The translations under genes and the position numbers were made by a program. DNA of 64,000 nucleotides from Octopus bimaculoides (taxonomy: Eukaryota): positions 60,880,934-60,944,933 of the forward strand of contig NC_068993.1 of assembly GCF_001194135.2 (NCBI RefSeq). The letters are read 5' to 3'. The first letter of the stretch is position 1; each line of letters opens with the position of its first letter. Shown piece after piece: positions 1 to 13,412 of the stretch. Under the pieces are notes generated by a model, which saw only the letters and a list, made by a program, of their open reading frames with translations, ran no database searches and was not told where the DNA came from.

Positions 1-58
<58 letters not shown>

Positions 59-190
59 TAAGTATATGTATGGTAGTGAATGTTTCTAGGTGTGTATGCG
101 AGTACTATAACGAATGTCGGTTCGTTTGCATAACCGTTTGTGTGTGTGTGAATATCTTTATATTCACATAATTTGTTATATATATATATA

Positions 191-236
<46 letters not shown>

Positions 237-540
237 TTTCTGTGTGTATGCGTGTGGATATGCGTGGCGTGAGTATATTCTTGTGTGTGTTATGGAGAAG
301 GTTCCCTATGATTGTATTTATAATTCCTGTTTGTGCAAATATGTAATTTCAAGTGCGAGCAAGAATATAAATGTGTTTATGGATGTGTGTGGAAGTGCGT
401 ATCAGCGTGTGTGTGCGTGTGTTTGAACTTCTTACAGTGCGTGTTGTGGGCAATTTTAGTGTCTGTGTGCGTGAATTTGTATGTGTGTATAAACGTGTGT
501 ACATATATGTGTAATTTGCAAAGGGTGTATATGGTTGTGT
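1..540. repeat. (TG)n microsatellite decaying into TG-rich low-complexity sequence
   Basis: Pure TG run 1-50, further TG runs near 190-230, degenerate TG-rich sequence to about 540. Confidence 0.9.
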
Positions 541-3178
541 AATTTTAAGTGTGTAGGTGAATGTTTGTTGCGGGTAGCATAAAAGTTTGTGTGGAATTTT
601 TTCACATTTTATCCGCACTAATTCCATATAAAAGAGGAAAAAAAAGAAAGCAATTTTTTTTTTCTAATTCTGTGAAAATAATTCTAACCGGCGACGACGT
701 TTCATTTAAAATATGTTTTTATTTGGTTTTATTTTATTTTAAATATTTTTTATTTTAATTTATACCTGTTTTGTTCTGTTTGTAAGATGTCCAGCAAAAA
801 TCAAATCGAAAATAGAAGTGAAGACAAATATAATAACGAAAATTAGAGAAAAATAATGGAGAAGGAAAAACAGAGAGGGTGAAGGGGGAGGAGGAGAAGA
901 AGAAGAGAAGGAAACGATAAGGGAATAGTGAGAGTGTAAGAGATCAGGTAGACGGAGGGAGAGAAATGGGAGAAATAAATAGAGAGAGAGAAAACGAGGG
1001 AGAGAACAAGAGGGAGGGAAAAGAGAGAGCAAGAGGACGGATTTAAAGAAGGCGGGATAAAGCAGCCATCAGAGAAAAAGAGAGATTGTGAGATAGGAGA
1101 GAAATGCGTTGTAAAGGTCGAAGTCGGGGGATGAAACAGACTAAAATAATAATAATAGTAATAATAAAATACATAAAACATAAAGATAAAAGATAACTAA
1201 AAATACATCACAAGGAAATTACATACACACAGTTCTATATNNNNNNNNNNNNNNNNNNNNNNNNNNNNNNNNNNNNNNNNNNNNNNNNNNNNNNNNNNNN
1301 NNNNNNNNNNNNNNNNNNNNNNNNNNNNNNNNNNNNNNNNNNNNNNNNNNNNNNNNNNNNNNNNNNNNNNNNNNNNNNNNNNNNNNNNNNNNNNNNNNNN
1401 NNNNNNNNNNNNNNNNNNNNNNNNNNNNNNNNNNNNNNNNNNNNNNNNNNNNNNNNNNNNNNNNNNNNNNNNNNNNNNNNNNNNNNNNNNNNNNNNNNNN
1501 NNNNNNNNNNNNNNNNNNNNNNNNNNNNNNNNNNNNNNNNNNNNNNNNNNNNNNNNNNNNNNNNNNNNNNNNNNNNNNNNNNNNNNNNNNNNNNNNNNNN
1601 NNNNNNNNNNNNNNNNNNNNNNNNNNNNNNNNNNNNNNNNNNNNNNNNNNNNNNNNNNNNNNNNNNNNNNNNNNNNNNNNNNNNNNNNNNNNNNNNNNNN
1701 NNNNNNNNNNNNNNNNNNNNNNNNNNNNNNNNNNNNNNNNNNNNNNNNNNNNNNNNNNNNNNNNNNNNNNNNNNNNNNNNNNNNNNNNNNNNNNNNNNNN
1801 NNNNNNNNNNNNNNNNNNNNNNNNNNNNNNNNNNNNNNNNNNNNNNNNNNNNNNNNNNNNNNNNNNNNNNNNNNNNNNNNNNNNNNNNNNNNNNNNNNNN
1901 NNNNNNNNNNNNNNNNNNNNNNNNNNNNNNNNNNNNNNNNNNNNNNNNNNNNNNNNNNNNNNNNNNNNNNNNNNNNNNNNNNNNNNNNNNNNNNNNNNNN
2001 NNNNNNNNNNNNNNNNNNNNNNNNNNNNNNNNNNNNNNNNNNNNNNNNNNNNNNNNNNNNNNNNNNNNNNNNNNNNNNNNNNNNNNNNNNNNNNNNNNNN
2101 NNNNNNNNNNNNNNNNNNNNNNNNNNNNNNNNNNNNNNNNNNNNNNNNNNNNNATATATATATATATATATAAACACATATATAAATATATGTATATATA
2201 TACTTTTATGTGTGTGCGTGTGCGTGTGCATATACTGAAAATTGTAATTAAAAAGAAAATTATTTGAATTGATTTCATTTTAAAATTGGTTTTGTTTTAA
2301 ACATTTCTAGTAAGATGTCAGAATATTCATTTCATAAATTATAATATTGCTACATCTAATTGGGGAAATGTTTTCCCCATGACAACTCTACATATCTTTT
2401 AAATCCTCGTTTGTCATGGACGAAATATTTATGAGAAAATTATTCTTGCATTGAGCGGAAATAAAATAACACACACACAATACACACAACACACACAACA
2501 CACACAACACACATACATCCCATGTATTCGCAATCACACACATATAGATGCACACAACCAAACATTGTTGTTTAGGCAAGAACAAACACAGACAAACTCT
2601 CCCTCTCTCTCACACAGTCTCTCTGTATCTCTCTCTCTTCCCTTCTTCTATATGTATGTATGCGTGTGTATTTATATATGAGTATATACATACAAGGAGT
2701 ATATACATATGAATATTCATATATACGTGCGGATATATATATATATATATATACGTGTGCATTTATATATATATATATATATATATATATNNNNNNNNNN
2801 NNNNNNNNNNNNNNNNNNNNNNNNNNNNNNNNNNNNNNNNNNNNNNNNNNNNNNNNNNNNNNNNNNNNNNNNNNNNNNNNNNNNNNNNNNNNNNNNNNNN
2901 NNNNNNNNNNNNNNNNNNNNNNNNNNNNNNNNNNNNNNNNNNNNNNNNNNNNNNNNNNNNNNNNNNNNNNNNNNNNNNNNNNNNNNNNNNNNNNNNNNNN
3001 NNNNNNNNNNNNNNNNNNNNNNNNNNNNNNNNNNNNNNCATACATACATATATGTAATAAATACTTTTTTATTGATATCAAAAAACAAATGGTAACCTAG
3101 AATTTGGGGTTAATCTTTGTCTCACTTTTACACAGACATACACCCACCACATATCTTGCACACACACACACACACACA

Positions 3179-3225
<47 letters not shown>

Positions 3226-3782
3226 TCTTTGGTTTGATTTCATTTTACAGCCATTGAATATCCAAGTGTGACAACTTTGATAGCAATAATATAATGAGCG
3301 TCTGTTAGATATCCCCTGTGAAAACGATTGATAGCAATATTATGAGTGGCTATAAAATATATAGTGAGAAGAACGCAGTTTTCTTTTTATTATTACCAAT
3401 GTCGCCTCACTGAAAACTGGCTTTATGGATTCCACTAAGCCACTTTCTTAATTATATTTATTTATTTAGTTAGTTTTTCAACAACAACAATAACAACATC
3501 AGCAGCAGCAGCACAAACAACAACACCAATGATAATAGTAATAGTAATCTCTGTTAATTTTGTACCGTAACTTCATTTAAGTACGATCAAGACAAAGTAA
3601 AACTCAGATTGTCAGTAAACTAACTGATGGTCTTTAATATTAGTCATTAAGTCAGTTCACTAAGTTCAATTACAGTAATTCTTTTCTCTTCAACACAGTT
3701 AAACGTTTCATTAACCTCGCACACAAAACTGTCTTACCATTAAGATATTTGGGATGAAAATAAAGTTTTTTGCCGTCGAACG

Positions 3783-3905
3783 AGGGCGGTGAACTGGCGG
3801 ATTCCTTAGGAAGCCGGACGAAATGTGGAGGAACATGTCTTCTGGCTCTAGCTTCTGAGTTCAAAATCCGCCGAGGTCCACTTTTCTTTTCATCCTTTGA
3901 GAAAG
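3783..3905 (+). mobile_element. tRNA-headed SINE (family A), 5' part, diverged
   Basis: A-box-like gaactggcggattc, B-box-like gagttcaaaatcc, then gccgaggtccacttttcttttcatcc matching other family-A copies. Confidence 0.75.
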
Positions 3906-3914
3906 ACAGACAAA

Positions 3915-4306
3915 TTACCGTTAAGCATTTCGTCCGGCGTGCTAACGTTTCTGACAGCTCACCGCCTTCATTAAAATAAATATTCTTTTCTACTCTAGCA
4001 CAGGGCATTGAATTTTGGTGGAGGCGGGGGGCCAGTCGATTAGATCGACTCCAGTACGCAACTGGTACTTAATTTATCGATTCCGAAGGATGAAAGGCAA
4101 AATCGACATCGGCGGAATTTGAACTCAGAACGTAAAGACAGACGAAATACCGCTAAGCATTTCCTCCGACGTGCTAACGTTTCTGCCAGCTCGCCGCCTT
4201 AAATAATCGTTTCTACTCTAGGCACAAGACCCGAGATTTTGGTGGAGGGGGGCCAGTCGATTAGATCGACCAGAGTACGCAACTAGTACTTAATTTATCG
4301 ACCCCT
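3915..4306 (-). mobile_element. Head-to-tail tandem array of SINE family A (partial-full-partial)
   Basis: taagcattt..cgtgctaacgtttctg recurs at 3922 and 4154 (period about 232 bp); tail ggggccagtcgattagatcgac recurs near 4030 and 4250. Central ctttcatcctttcggggtcgataaattaagtacc resembles Deu/Nin-type SINE central domains (from recall). Confidence 0.85.
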
Positions 4307-4844
4307 GTCCATACGCACATTTACACACTCTCATACACACGCACGCGCACCAGTGGGATTGAGCCCGGGATCCGGTGATTGTAAAACGAACATCTTAACC
4401 GATCAGCCAGTCAGCATAGTACATTAAAAATGCTTCCTTCCACATATTATCACTTCATTATCTGGATGACTTCTCAGAATTATTTAATTTCAAAAACAAT
4501 TCCAGTTTTCTTCGCCAGTTAATCTAAATTTTCATGTAATTCCTCGGCGATTCGCTCCCTGTCATTTCGTGTTGCTGCAGGCGTCAAAATAGACGCAGAT
4601 ACATATCCGGAGCTGCCGGGAAAATGCTTAAAAACCAATATTAAGCAAATAATATTATTTATTTTCGCGAGATAATTTTATTTTTCTGTTCGCTTAAGTG
4701 TTCACTCAATTGCTGTGATTACTGATGACGTCAAAATAAAGGGAAAACATGTCCTGCGGTTTATACTAAGAGAACTTTCATAACTTTCAGAAAGCACCCC
4801 CACCCTCATAAACACATACATACATACGTACGTACATATAGAGG

Positions 4845-5165
4845 AACTGTATACTGTTGTGGAAATCAGATGTTAACATAAAACTGACGATCAGTGAAAA
4901 AGAGAATACTTACGCTGGACTATTGAGAAATCTGCTGTTACTCTACCCAGATTAGAAGTTCAGGTTTATACCTGTAATTATTGGGACACTGGGAGATGTA
5001 ACACACTGCTTAAATACCAATCTCGAGAAATTAAGCTTCTCAAAACCAGAAAGGGAAAAGCTGATCCGAAGACTACAGATCCATTCCATCACTGGAACTG
5101 TCAAAATCTGTAAAACTTTCCAGAAGTTTAGCATTTAATTACATACGAGCATGTCCAGATGTGCT
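4845..5165 (+). mobile_element. 3' end remnant of an RLE-class non-LTR retrotransposon (R2/R4/NeSL-like)
   Basis: Translates KENTYAGLLRNLLLLYPD*KFRFIPVIIGTLGDVTHCLNTNLEKLSFSKPEREKLIRRLQIHSITGTVKICKTFQKFSI, like restriction-like-endonuclease C-termini (K..KY..L / P++IG.LG motif); one in-frame stop. Confidence 0.65.
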
Positions 5166-5445
5166 AGTATATCCTTTTATTCTATTATTCTTTTTGCCGA
5201 ACCGCTAGGTTACGGGGACATAAACATACCAGCATCGGTTGTCAAGCGATGTTGGGGGGACAAGCACAGACACACAAACATATACACACACATATATACG
5301 ACGGGCCTCTTTCAGTTTCCGTCTACCAAATCCACTCACAAGGCTTTGGTGGGCCCGAGGTTATAGTAGAAGACACTTGCCCAAGGTGCCACGCAGTGGG
5401 ACTGAACCCGGAACCATGTGGTTGGTAAGCAAGCTACTTACCCCA
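5165..5445 (-). mobile_element. tRNA-headed SINE family B (CORE-like)
   Basis: Reverse complement reads ggtaagtagcttgcttaccaaccacatggttccgggttcagtcccactgcgtggcaccttgggcaagtgtcttctactataacctcgggc, matching copies at 8914 and 52540. Confidence 0.85.
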
Positions 5446-6254
5446 CTGATTAGCATCTCAGATAAATATCTTTTATTATATTCTCGAACAGAAAGGCGAG
5501 GAATTGGTAGGATCGTTAACGCGCCGGACAAAATGCTCAGCGGTATCTCTTCCGGTTTTACGTTCTGGGGATGTAAAACACTAGACACTCCAGAAGTGAC
5601 AACTACAACAGAGTTCTCTAGTCTTCTATGTGATTTTGCAGTTCGATTCACGCACATTCGGTTCCTGATTATCGACTGCGTGCATAACAGCTTCCATTTC
5701 ATAAGCACAAAACGCACAAGGCATTCACCACCAAGTGGTTAGATTTCTTAACCAGGGACGGCGGATGGTCGCCTATTATAAGCTAATATTCAGAATGCAT
5801 GCATTGGACACAATGGTTTTAATGACCAACTATAAAATATGCTGCGTGTGATTTACCGATATAACAATCAGCAACTATGAAATAATGAAATATCAACTGT
5901 TAAAATATTTATAGCTGAAATTACAATAAAACTTGATAGTTTGATAGCAATAACGTCATAAATTACTGCAAGATATCTAGTGTAGCGGGGAGGGGTATAT
6001 TTAATCGACTAACGACAAACCACTTTCCTTAATACTGCTGTCCTTGTGTCTAAATTAGAAATAATATTATATATTAGCAGAATGGCAGTAGAATAGTGAA
6101 TTATACGACTTGTGCTATTTGGTCGGATCATTCGATTCCCATAGTTCAAATCCAGCGAGGTCAGCTTTGCGATCTCTTTTCCAAGATCGATTTAATCGAT
6201 TATACTCCTCTTCTCAAGCATTTTGCCAATGTAAGAAACCTTTATTTAACTCAG

Positions 6255-6859
6255 CAGAGGCGGCAAACTGCCAGAATTGTTTGCAAGAGTTCTGAGTTCA
6301 AATTCCGCCGAGGTCGACTTTGTCTTTCGTTCTCTCTGGATCGATAAAATAAGTTCCACTGGAGTACTGGGTTCGATGCTATGACTTCCCCCTCTCCTCC
6401 AAATCTGCTACTTTTATACCAAAATTTGCAGCCCTTATTTAGCTCAGCAAAGGCGGCAAGCTGACAGAATCCTTGTAACGCCGGGCAAAATGCTGCGTCC
6501 TTGAGATAGAAAGAATTACATTCTCGAATAGAAAAGGCGGCGAAATGGCAGAACCGTTGGCACATCGGGCGAAATGCCGCTAAGCACTTTGTCTTCATGT
6601 TCTAGGTTCAAATTCCGCCGAGGTCGACTTTGCCTTTCATCCTTTCGGGGACGATTAAATAAGTACCAGTTGCGTACTGGGGTCGATCTAATCGACTGGT
6701 CCCCTCCCTAAAAATTTCGGGCCTTGTGCTCAGAGTAGAAAAGTATATTTTCGAGTAGAAAAGGTGGTGAAATGGCAGAATCGTTGGTACGCCGGGCGAA
6801 ATGCCGCTAAGCACTTTGTCTTCATGTTCTAGGTTCAAATTCCGCCGAGGTCGACTTTG
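6255..6859 (+). mobile_element. Tandem cluster of SINE family A copies
   Basis: Heads near 6257, 6450, 6533, 6760; the last two share an identical private segment gaaatgccgctaagcactttgtcttcatgttctaggttc at 6571 and 6798 (period 227 bp); runs into a gap. Confidence 0.85.
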
Positions 6860-7025
6860 NNNNNNNNNNNNNNNNNNNNNNNNNNNNNNNNNNNNNNNNN
6901 NNNNNNNNNNNNNNNNNNNNNNNNNNNNNNNNNNNNNNNNNNNNNNNNNNNNNNNNNNNNNNNNNNNNNNNNNNNNNNNNNNNNNNNNNNNNNNNNNNNN
7001 NNNNNNNNNNNNNNNNNNNNNNNNN

Positions 7026-7207
7026 AGAGAAACGGATTAAGTCGGTTACATCGACCCAGTGCGTAACAGGTACTTAATTTATCGACCCCGAAAGGATAAA
7101 AGGTAAAGTCGACCTTGGAGGAATTTGAACTCAAAACGTAACAGCCGACGAAATACCTTTAAGCAATTCGCTCGGTGTGCTAACCATTCTGCCAGCTCGC
7201 CGCCTTG
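7026..7207 (-). mobile_element. SINE family A (alternative-tail subfamily)
   Basis: cggattaagtcggttacatcgacccagt...ggaatttgaactc...gccagctcgccgcctt. Confidence 0.85.
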
Positions 7208-8394
7208 AGACATCTGAACTGTTTCTGTCAACCAAATTTCACTTCGCAATTTACTGCCCAAACCGAGTTTATGAGATCTGACATTTCATCATACGATTGT
7301 TGCTCGATGGAATCGAACCCTGAACCACAAAATTACGATAGAACTTCTTAGCCACACAATTATGCCTGCGTACTTGTTTCTCGTTAACTCCTGACCAAAA
7401 TAAAAGAACCGTTGTTAGTGTGTTTCAAGCTTTAAAAAAAAAGGAAATACGTACTGGGGTCGACTCGTTTGACTAAAATCCTTCAAAGCGGTGCTCCAGC
7501 ATGGCCGAAGTCTAATGACTGAAACAAGTAAAAGATAAAAGAATGATACCTTCACACATTTATTTATTTTATTTTATTTTATTTTATTTTATTTTATTTT
7601 ATTTTGTTTTATTTTTGGAAATGAACCTTCCTAGAGCACCTTCCTAGGGCAAATACTGACCCAGGAAGGATGGAACGAAATATCGAGCTAGTCGTAAATT
7701 GAACGCGGGATATAAAAGGGCACAACATAATACTTGAAGACAGCTCCACGAATTTCCGACAATTTTGATGATTGGGCCAAGTGAGCCCTTCCTCGGAGCA
7801 ACAATTGATTGCAGTGCGTTCACGGAAAAGAAACTTCGTAGGTTTAGCCGAAACCGGAATACGTGACTTTCTTGTAATTCCCAGGAAAATGAGTGACATT
7901 ACTTAAGTATCTCCAACTAGTAATGGCATATCATTAAAAACTATGCAATATTCAGTGTGAAAAAAAATATTCATAGGAAAATTACACAGAAAATAGATCT
8001 AATATCCATTTACGAAAATATAAGTGGTAATATTTAGTATGAATACAATGCTAGAAGTATTTTAATGACCAGCTATGAAATAATATCTTTTAGCACTTTG
8101 ATAGCCATAATATAATGGATGTCTATGAAATATTCTTTATGAATACATTTGATAAGAATTATTGATTTCTCGTGACTAAGCACAAGGCCAATTTGTATTG
8201 GGAATAAACATAAAAAAAATTAACCAAGCAGACTAATGAAAACTGCTTTGAGATGTGGAAAGATGGAGAAGAAGAAGAAGAAAAAAAAAACTAAATTTCA
8301 ATTGACTAAGAAAGAAAATCAGTGTATTATACTCACACAAAATACTAAGTTTGTCAATCTTTCTAAGGTCTTGGGGTTTGTGAATAGACTGTGC

Positions 8395-8435
8395 TTCTCT
8401 GAAGAGGTCTACAGATACCGAAACATGCTCGAGAC
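8395..8435 (+). ncRNA. Degenerate type I hammerhead-like motif
   Basis: CUGAAGA-GGU(cuacagau)ACC-GAAA-CAUG-c-UC-GAGA; needs one indel in stem I/core and one in stem III to be canonical. Confidence 0.3.
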
Positions 8436-8913
8436 TGTTACCATTATTACCAAAGTTTAGACCCATTCCATTTGTATGTCTACAATTAATGTTGGGTCAA
8501 TTGAAATTTCAGCCGTTCTAACCCTCACCTTTTTCAGAGGTGGGGGGGGGGCAGAGTGGGAATGGGGGGGGTGAGTAATTTTTATTAAATCTAAGAAACT
8601 TTGTCTAAATGATTAACAAATATTTTCGGCTCCCCACGTTTGGTTTTAGAATCATCTCTATCTTTCTCTCTCCCCGATCTCTCTTTCCACCTCTCTTTCT
8701 CTCTTCTTTTCTCTTTCTTTCTTTCTCTTTGTATGCTCGTGTGGTGGATGAGAACATGTTAGTGAAACCATAGAATAAATAAGCACGAAAAATGACTCGG
8801 GCTGATCAAATTCTCAAACTCTGAAATTCTCTTGACGTAGAACAATCCACTGGAACAAGAATTGGTTATAAGAAATACGATTTTGGAGGAGTAGCAGACA
8901 GAAAGATGGCGAA

Positions 8914-9360
<447 letters not shown>

Positions 9361-9618
9361 TAAACATTTATAGATTGCAGGAATGTTACATATGTGTATT
9401 ACAAACTGAAAAAAGCTTTACATCCGTTTCAAATATTGGCGAACGGAACGATTGATAGTATAAAATATATTCTAGAAACAGGTGTAGCCAATGAGGCAAA
9501 ATTTCACAAAGCATATTAGCAAAAGTATTACCAACTCGCATGAAGCTTGATACGTGGGTATTTTTATGCGAAGATCATCGAATATTCTCGTCGGAAGGAT
9601 GATTAGCAAATGCAGCAA

Positions 9619-9619
<1 letters not shown>

Positions 9620-9700
<81 letters not shown>
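9620..9700. repeat. (AAT)n microsatellite
   Basis: Direct reading. Confidence 0.95.
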
Positions 9701-9703
<3 letters not shown>

Positions 9704-10029
9704 GCGTTTCCTTCTTGAGACATGCCTGGATGGCACACTGGTCCTTTGCAAAATGTTTACTTGTTTAGCCATACCAGGCTCATAAGGGCTGGTCTCCTGC
9801 TTTCAGTGACGTATATATCCCCCACCTGAACGGTACACCGGTTCGTCGCAGGATTTGATTGGAAATAGATAGATAGATAATTAAAATAGTAGGGTAAAAA
9901 ATTGGGTATTAATTAATATCAATTTAATACCAGGAAACCAGCACATTAAAAGAATCAGAATATTCAGAAAAAATTTTCTGAGATCTCAAAAGGATTATTG
10001 TATTGGTCACCTTTATATATACATATACA

Positions 10030-10049
10030 ATAGATAGATAGATAGATAG

Positions 10050-10123
<74 letters not shown>

Positions 10124-10132
10124 GAGATAGAT
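10030..10132. repeat. (AGAT)n microsatellite
   Basis: Direct reading. Confidence 0.95.
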
Positions 10133-11590
10133 CATACATAATATACTTATATATATAGACTCCGACATGATGGTGATGGTAGCGATTGTAGTGGCCGTGG
10201 CGACGGGGTTGGTGTCGCTGTTGGTGGTCGCCATAGATGTGCGCTGTGAGTGTTATTAGTTTCATTGCTCGCTCTCGCTGTACGTCACTGATTGACTGGT
10301 CAGGCGTGTAAGAGTTGTGTTGTTGATTCTGTTCTGAAAGTGCTTCTTCTCTGCAACGAGTGGTTGCGATCGGATAATCGCCGTCGACACTGCCTGCACG
10401 TGACGATGACGGTAACTGTGGCGGGTTGGTGAAGGGCGATATTGGCGGCNNNNNNNNNNNNNNNNNNNNNNNNNNNNNNNNNNNNNNNNNNNNNNNNNNN
10501 NNNNNNNNNNNNNNNNNNNNNNNNNNNNNNNNNNNNNNNNNNNNNNNNNNNNNNNNNNNNNNNNNNNNNNNNNNNNNNNNNNNNNNNNNNNNNNNNNNNN
10601 NNNNNNNNNNNNNNNNNNNNNNNNNNNNNNNNNNNNNNNNNNNNNNNNNNNNNNNNNNNNNNNNNNNNNNNNNNNNNNNNNNNNNNNNNNNNNNNNNNNN
10701 NNNNNNNNNNNNNNNNNNNNNNNNNNNNNNNNNNNNNNNNNNNNNNNNNNNNNNNNNNNNNNNNNNNNNNNNNNNNNNNNNNNNNNNNNNNNNNNNNNNN
10801 NNNNNNNNNNNNNNNNNNNNNNNNNNNNNNNNNNNNNNNNNNNNNNNNNNNNNNNNNNNNNNNNNNNNNNNNNNNNNNNNNNNNNNNNNNNNNNNNNNNN
10901 NNNNNNNNNNNNNNNNNNNNNNNNNNNNNNNNNNNNNNNNNNNNNNNNNNNNNNNNNNNNNNNNNNNNNNNNNNNNNNNNNNNNNNNNNNNNNNNNNNNN
11001 NNNNNNNNNNNNNNNNNNNNNNNNNNNNNNNNNNNNNNNNNNNNNNNNNNNNNNNNNNNNNNNNNNNNNNNNNNNGATCTGGGGGGGGGTTTAAGGACTA
11101 GATCAAATATAAACTAAAACTGCAGCCACATCCAGAGAAAATACTAAGCTGTTAATTTCTTGCATGACTGGAAGCAATAAGCACCAAACTGTAACCCCAA
11201 CACCACTTCAACTACCACCGTACACACACTACAACCGCCACGCGTACATTACAACTAATACTACTACTGCTGCCGCTGATGATGATGATGCGGACAATAT
11301 ATTTATCACAATAAATTTATGTGCAGTGACACGCTTGCACATACCCTGCCTTAATCAGCGTATGTATGCATGTATGTATGTATGTATGTGTGTGTGTGTG
11401 TGTATGTGTGTGCGTGTGTGTGTATATATATACCAGCAAGTGCAGTGTTGGGTTTCTATAGACTCAAAACTGCCCAAATGCCAAAAGCTGCAGGCTCTGC
11501 TGTCATTAATTTATATCCTGCTTAGGTTCTATAAGACTCACAAACGCACATCCATAACACGTTGACATCACTTCCTCTATTATGTATGTG

Positions 11591-11659
<69 letters not shown>

Positions 11660-11688
11660 GAATCACTGTTTCATCTTTATATGTATGC

Positions 11689-11765
<77 letters not shown>

Positions 11766-11828
11766 TATGTATGTATGTATGTATGTATGTATGTATGTAT
11801 GTATGTATGTGTGTGTGCGCGCGCCTGT

Positions 11829-12436
11829 GTGCTGTCACGTCTCACGAATGAACCTGTTTTGGGACCGAATAGTGACTGGTGACGAGAAATGGGTTCTCTA
11901 AAAAAATGTCAAGCGCCGAAGACAGGGAGTAGGAAAAGGAGAAACACCAGCACCCTTGGTTAAAGGTCTTCACCCACGTAAAGGTGTTGTTATCTGTTTG
12001 GTGGGATATGAAAGGCTTAGTTCACATTGAACTTTTAAACCCAAACCAAACGATAACAAATGAGATCTACTGCGAGTAGTTTTAGTCAGCGCTCGAAGAA
12101 AAACTGTTTATCTTTGGTTTCTAGACAAAAGGTGTTCTTCCGTCAGGATGACGCTTGGCCACATATAGCGAGGATGACATTCCAAAGGCGTAAGCATTTT
12201 GGATGGGAAATGATGCTCCACCCACCAAATTCGCCAGACATTGCCCCATCTGATTATCATTTATTCCGCAAGTTTCAAAATCATTTGGCATGAAAAAATA
12301 TGAATTCTGTAGACAAGGTCAGAACAGTACGGGAGGAGTATTTTTCGTCACGAACAAGTGAATTTTGGAAGAGGGGCCTTGCAAGTCTACCAGATAAGAT
12401 GGAAGAGCATGGCAGAAAATAAAGGAGAGTATATTT
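11829..12436 (+). mobile_element. Mariner (DD34D) transposase, C-terminal half, pseudogenised
   Basis: [25 protein letters not shown] (normally HDNARPH), HPPNSPDIAPSDYHLF motifs; frameshifts; no right TIR seen. Confidence 0.9.
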
Positions 12437-12439
12437 GGC

Positions 12440-12570
12440 TTTGTCCCCCACCACTATTTGTCGACCGGTATTAGTGTGTTTGCGTTCCCTTCACTTGGCG
12501 ATTGGTGCGGCTAAGATTTCTCAAGGCGGTACTCCAGCATGGCAACAGTCTAATGACAGTAAAAGATAAG
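12440..12570 (+). mobile_element. SINE family B 3' fragment
   Basis: gtcccccaccactatttgtcgaccggt...aaggcggtactccagcatggc...taaaagataag. Confidence 0.65.
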
Positions 12571-12859
12571 AAGAAGAAAAGACAAAGAACCGAGACCACC
12601 ACCAACACCACCACCATTGGTGATGTGGCAGACACCTGTTAACGTGGGTTCTCTTATAGTTTATCCACAGATGAATCTTGATCGAGCAACATATAATCAA
12701 AGGCATTACGACCGTGACCATCCTGTATGTCGTTAGTATATAGAAGACTATATCATTTAATGTGCGCTTTCCTCTTCCAGGACGTTTGAGAAGGATTTTA
12801 GAGAGAGACTTAATTTAGAATTCCTTGCAGGTTGAGCAATCACATAAAAGCCGTCTATT

Positions 12860-12977
12860 CAGTCACGGTTGTTGTTGTTGGTGGTGGTGGTGGTCACGGT
12901 GGTGCTTCGGTTTCTGTTTTGTTTTTCCACTGTTAATACGATTGTTGTTCTTACTGTTTTTGTTAATAATGAGCATT

Positions 12978-13030
<53 letters not shown>

Positions 13031-13359
13031 GGTGGTGGTGGTGGTTGCTTTCGTGGTTTAAATATTGTTTTATTTTGTTGCTTTCGGTATTGTTTTGGTT
13101 CTTTCCAAGCCTCGGCCATATTCGACTGATCAGACATGTTGTTTTTGCTGTTGGTGGTGGTCCTTGTGGTATTAGTGGTGATGGTGGTGGTGGTAGTGGT
13201 GGTGGTGATGTTCGGGTTGGTGCTGGTGATGGTTGTGGTGTTGGGGTTGGTGATGGTGGTGATGGTATTAGTGATGTTGTTGTAGGTGGTGGCGGTGTGG
13301 ATATTACTAAAGTTTAGTGCAGTGTGACTGCTTTCAAGTGTCAATTTTTTGTTAGGTGG

Positions 13360-13412
<53 letters not shown>

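Noticed and set aside
3670-4008. ORFs of 69-112 aa over SINE copies (also 6251-6598, 43744-43998, 51312-51593)
   Set aside because: Incidental open frames in non-coding SINE sequence
4720-4760. CUGAUGA...GAAA hammerhead-like string
   Set aside because: Stem I and stem II do not pair; more simply a TGACGTCA CRE-like site
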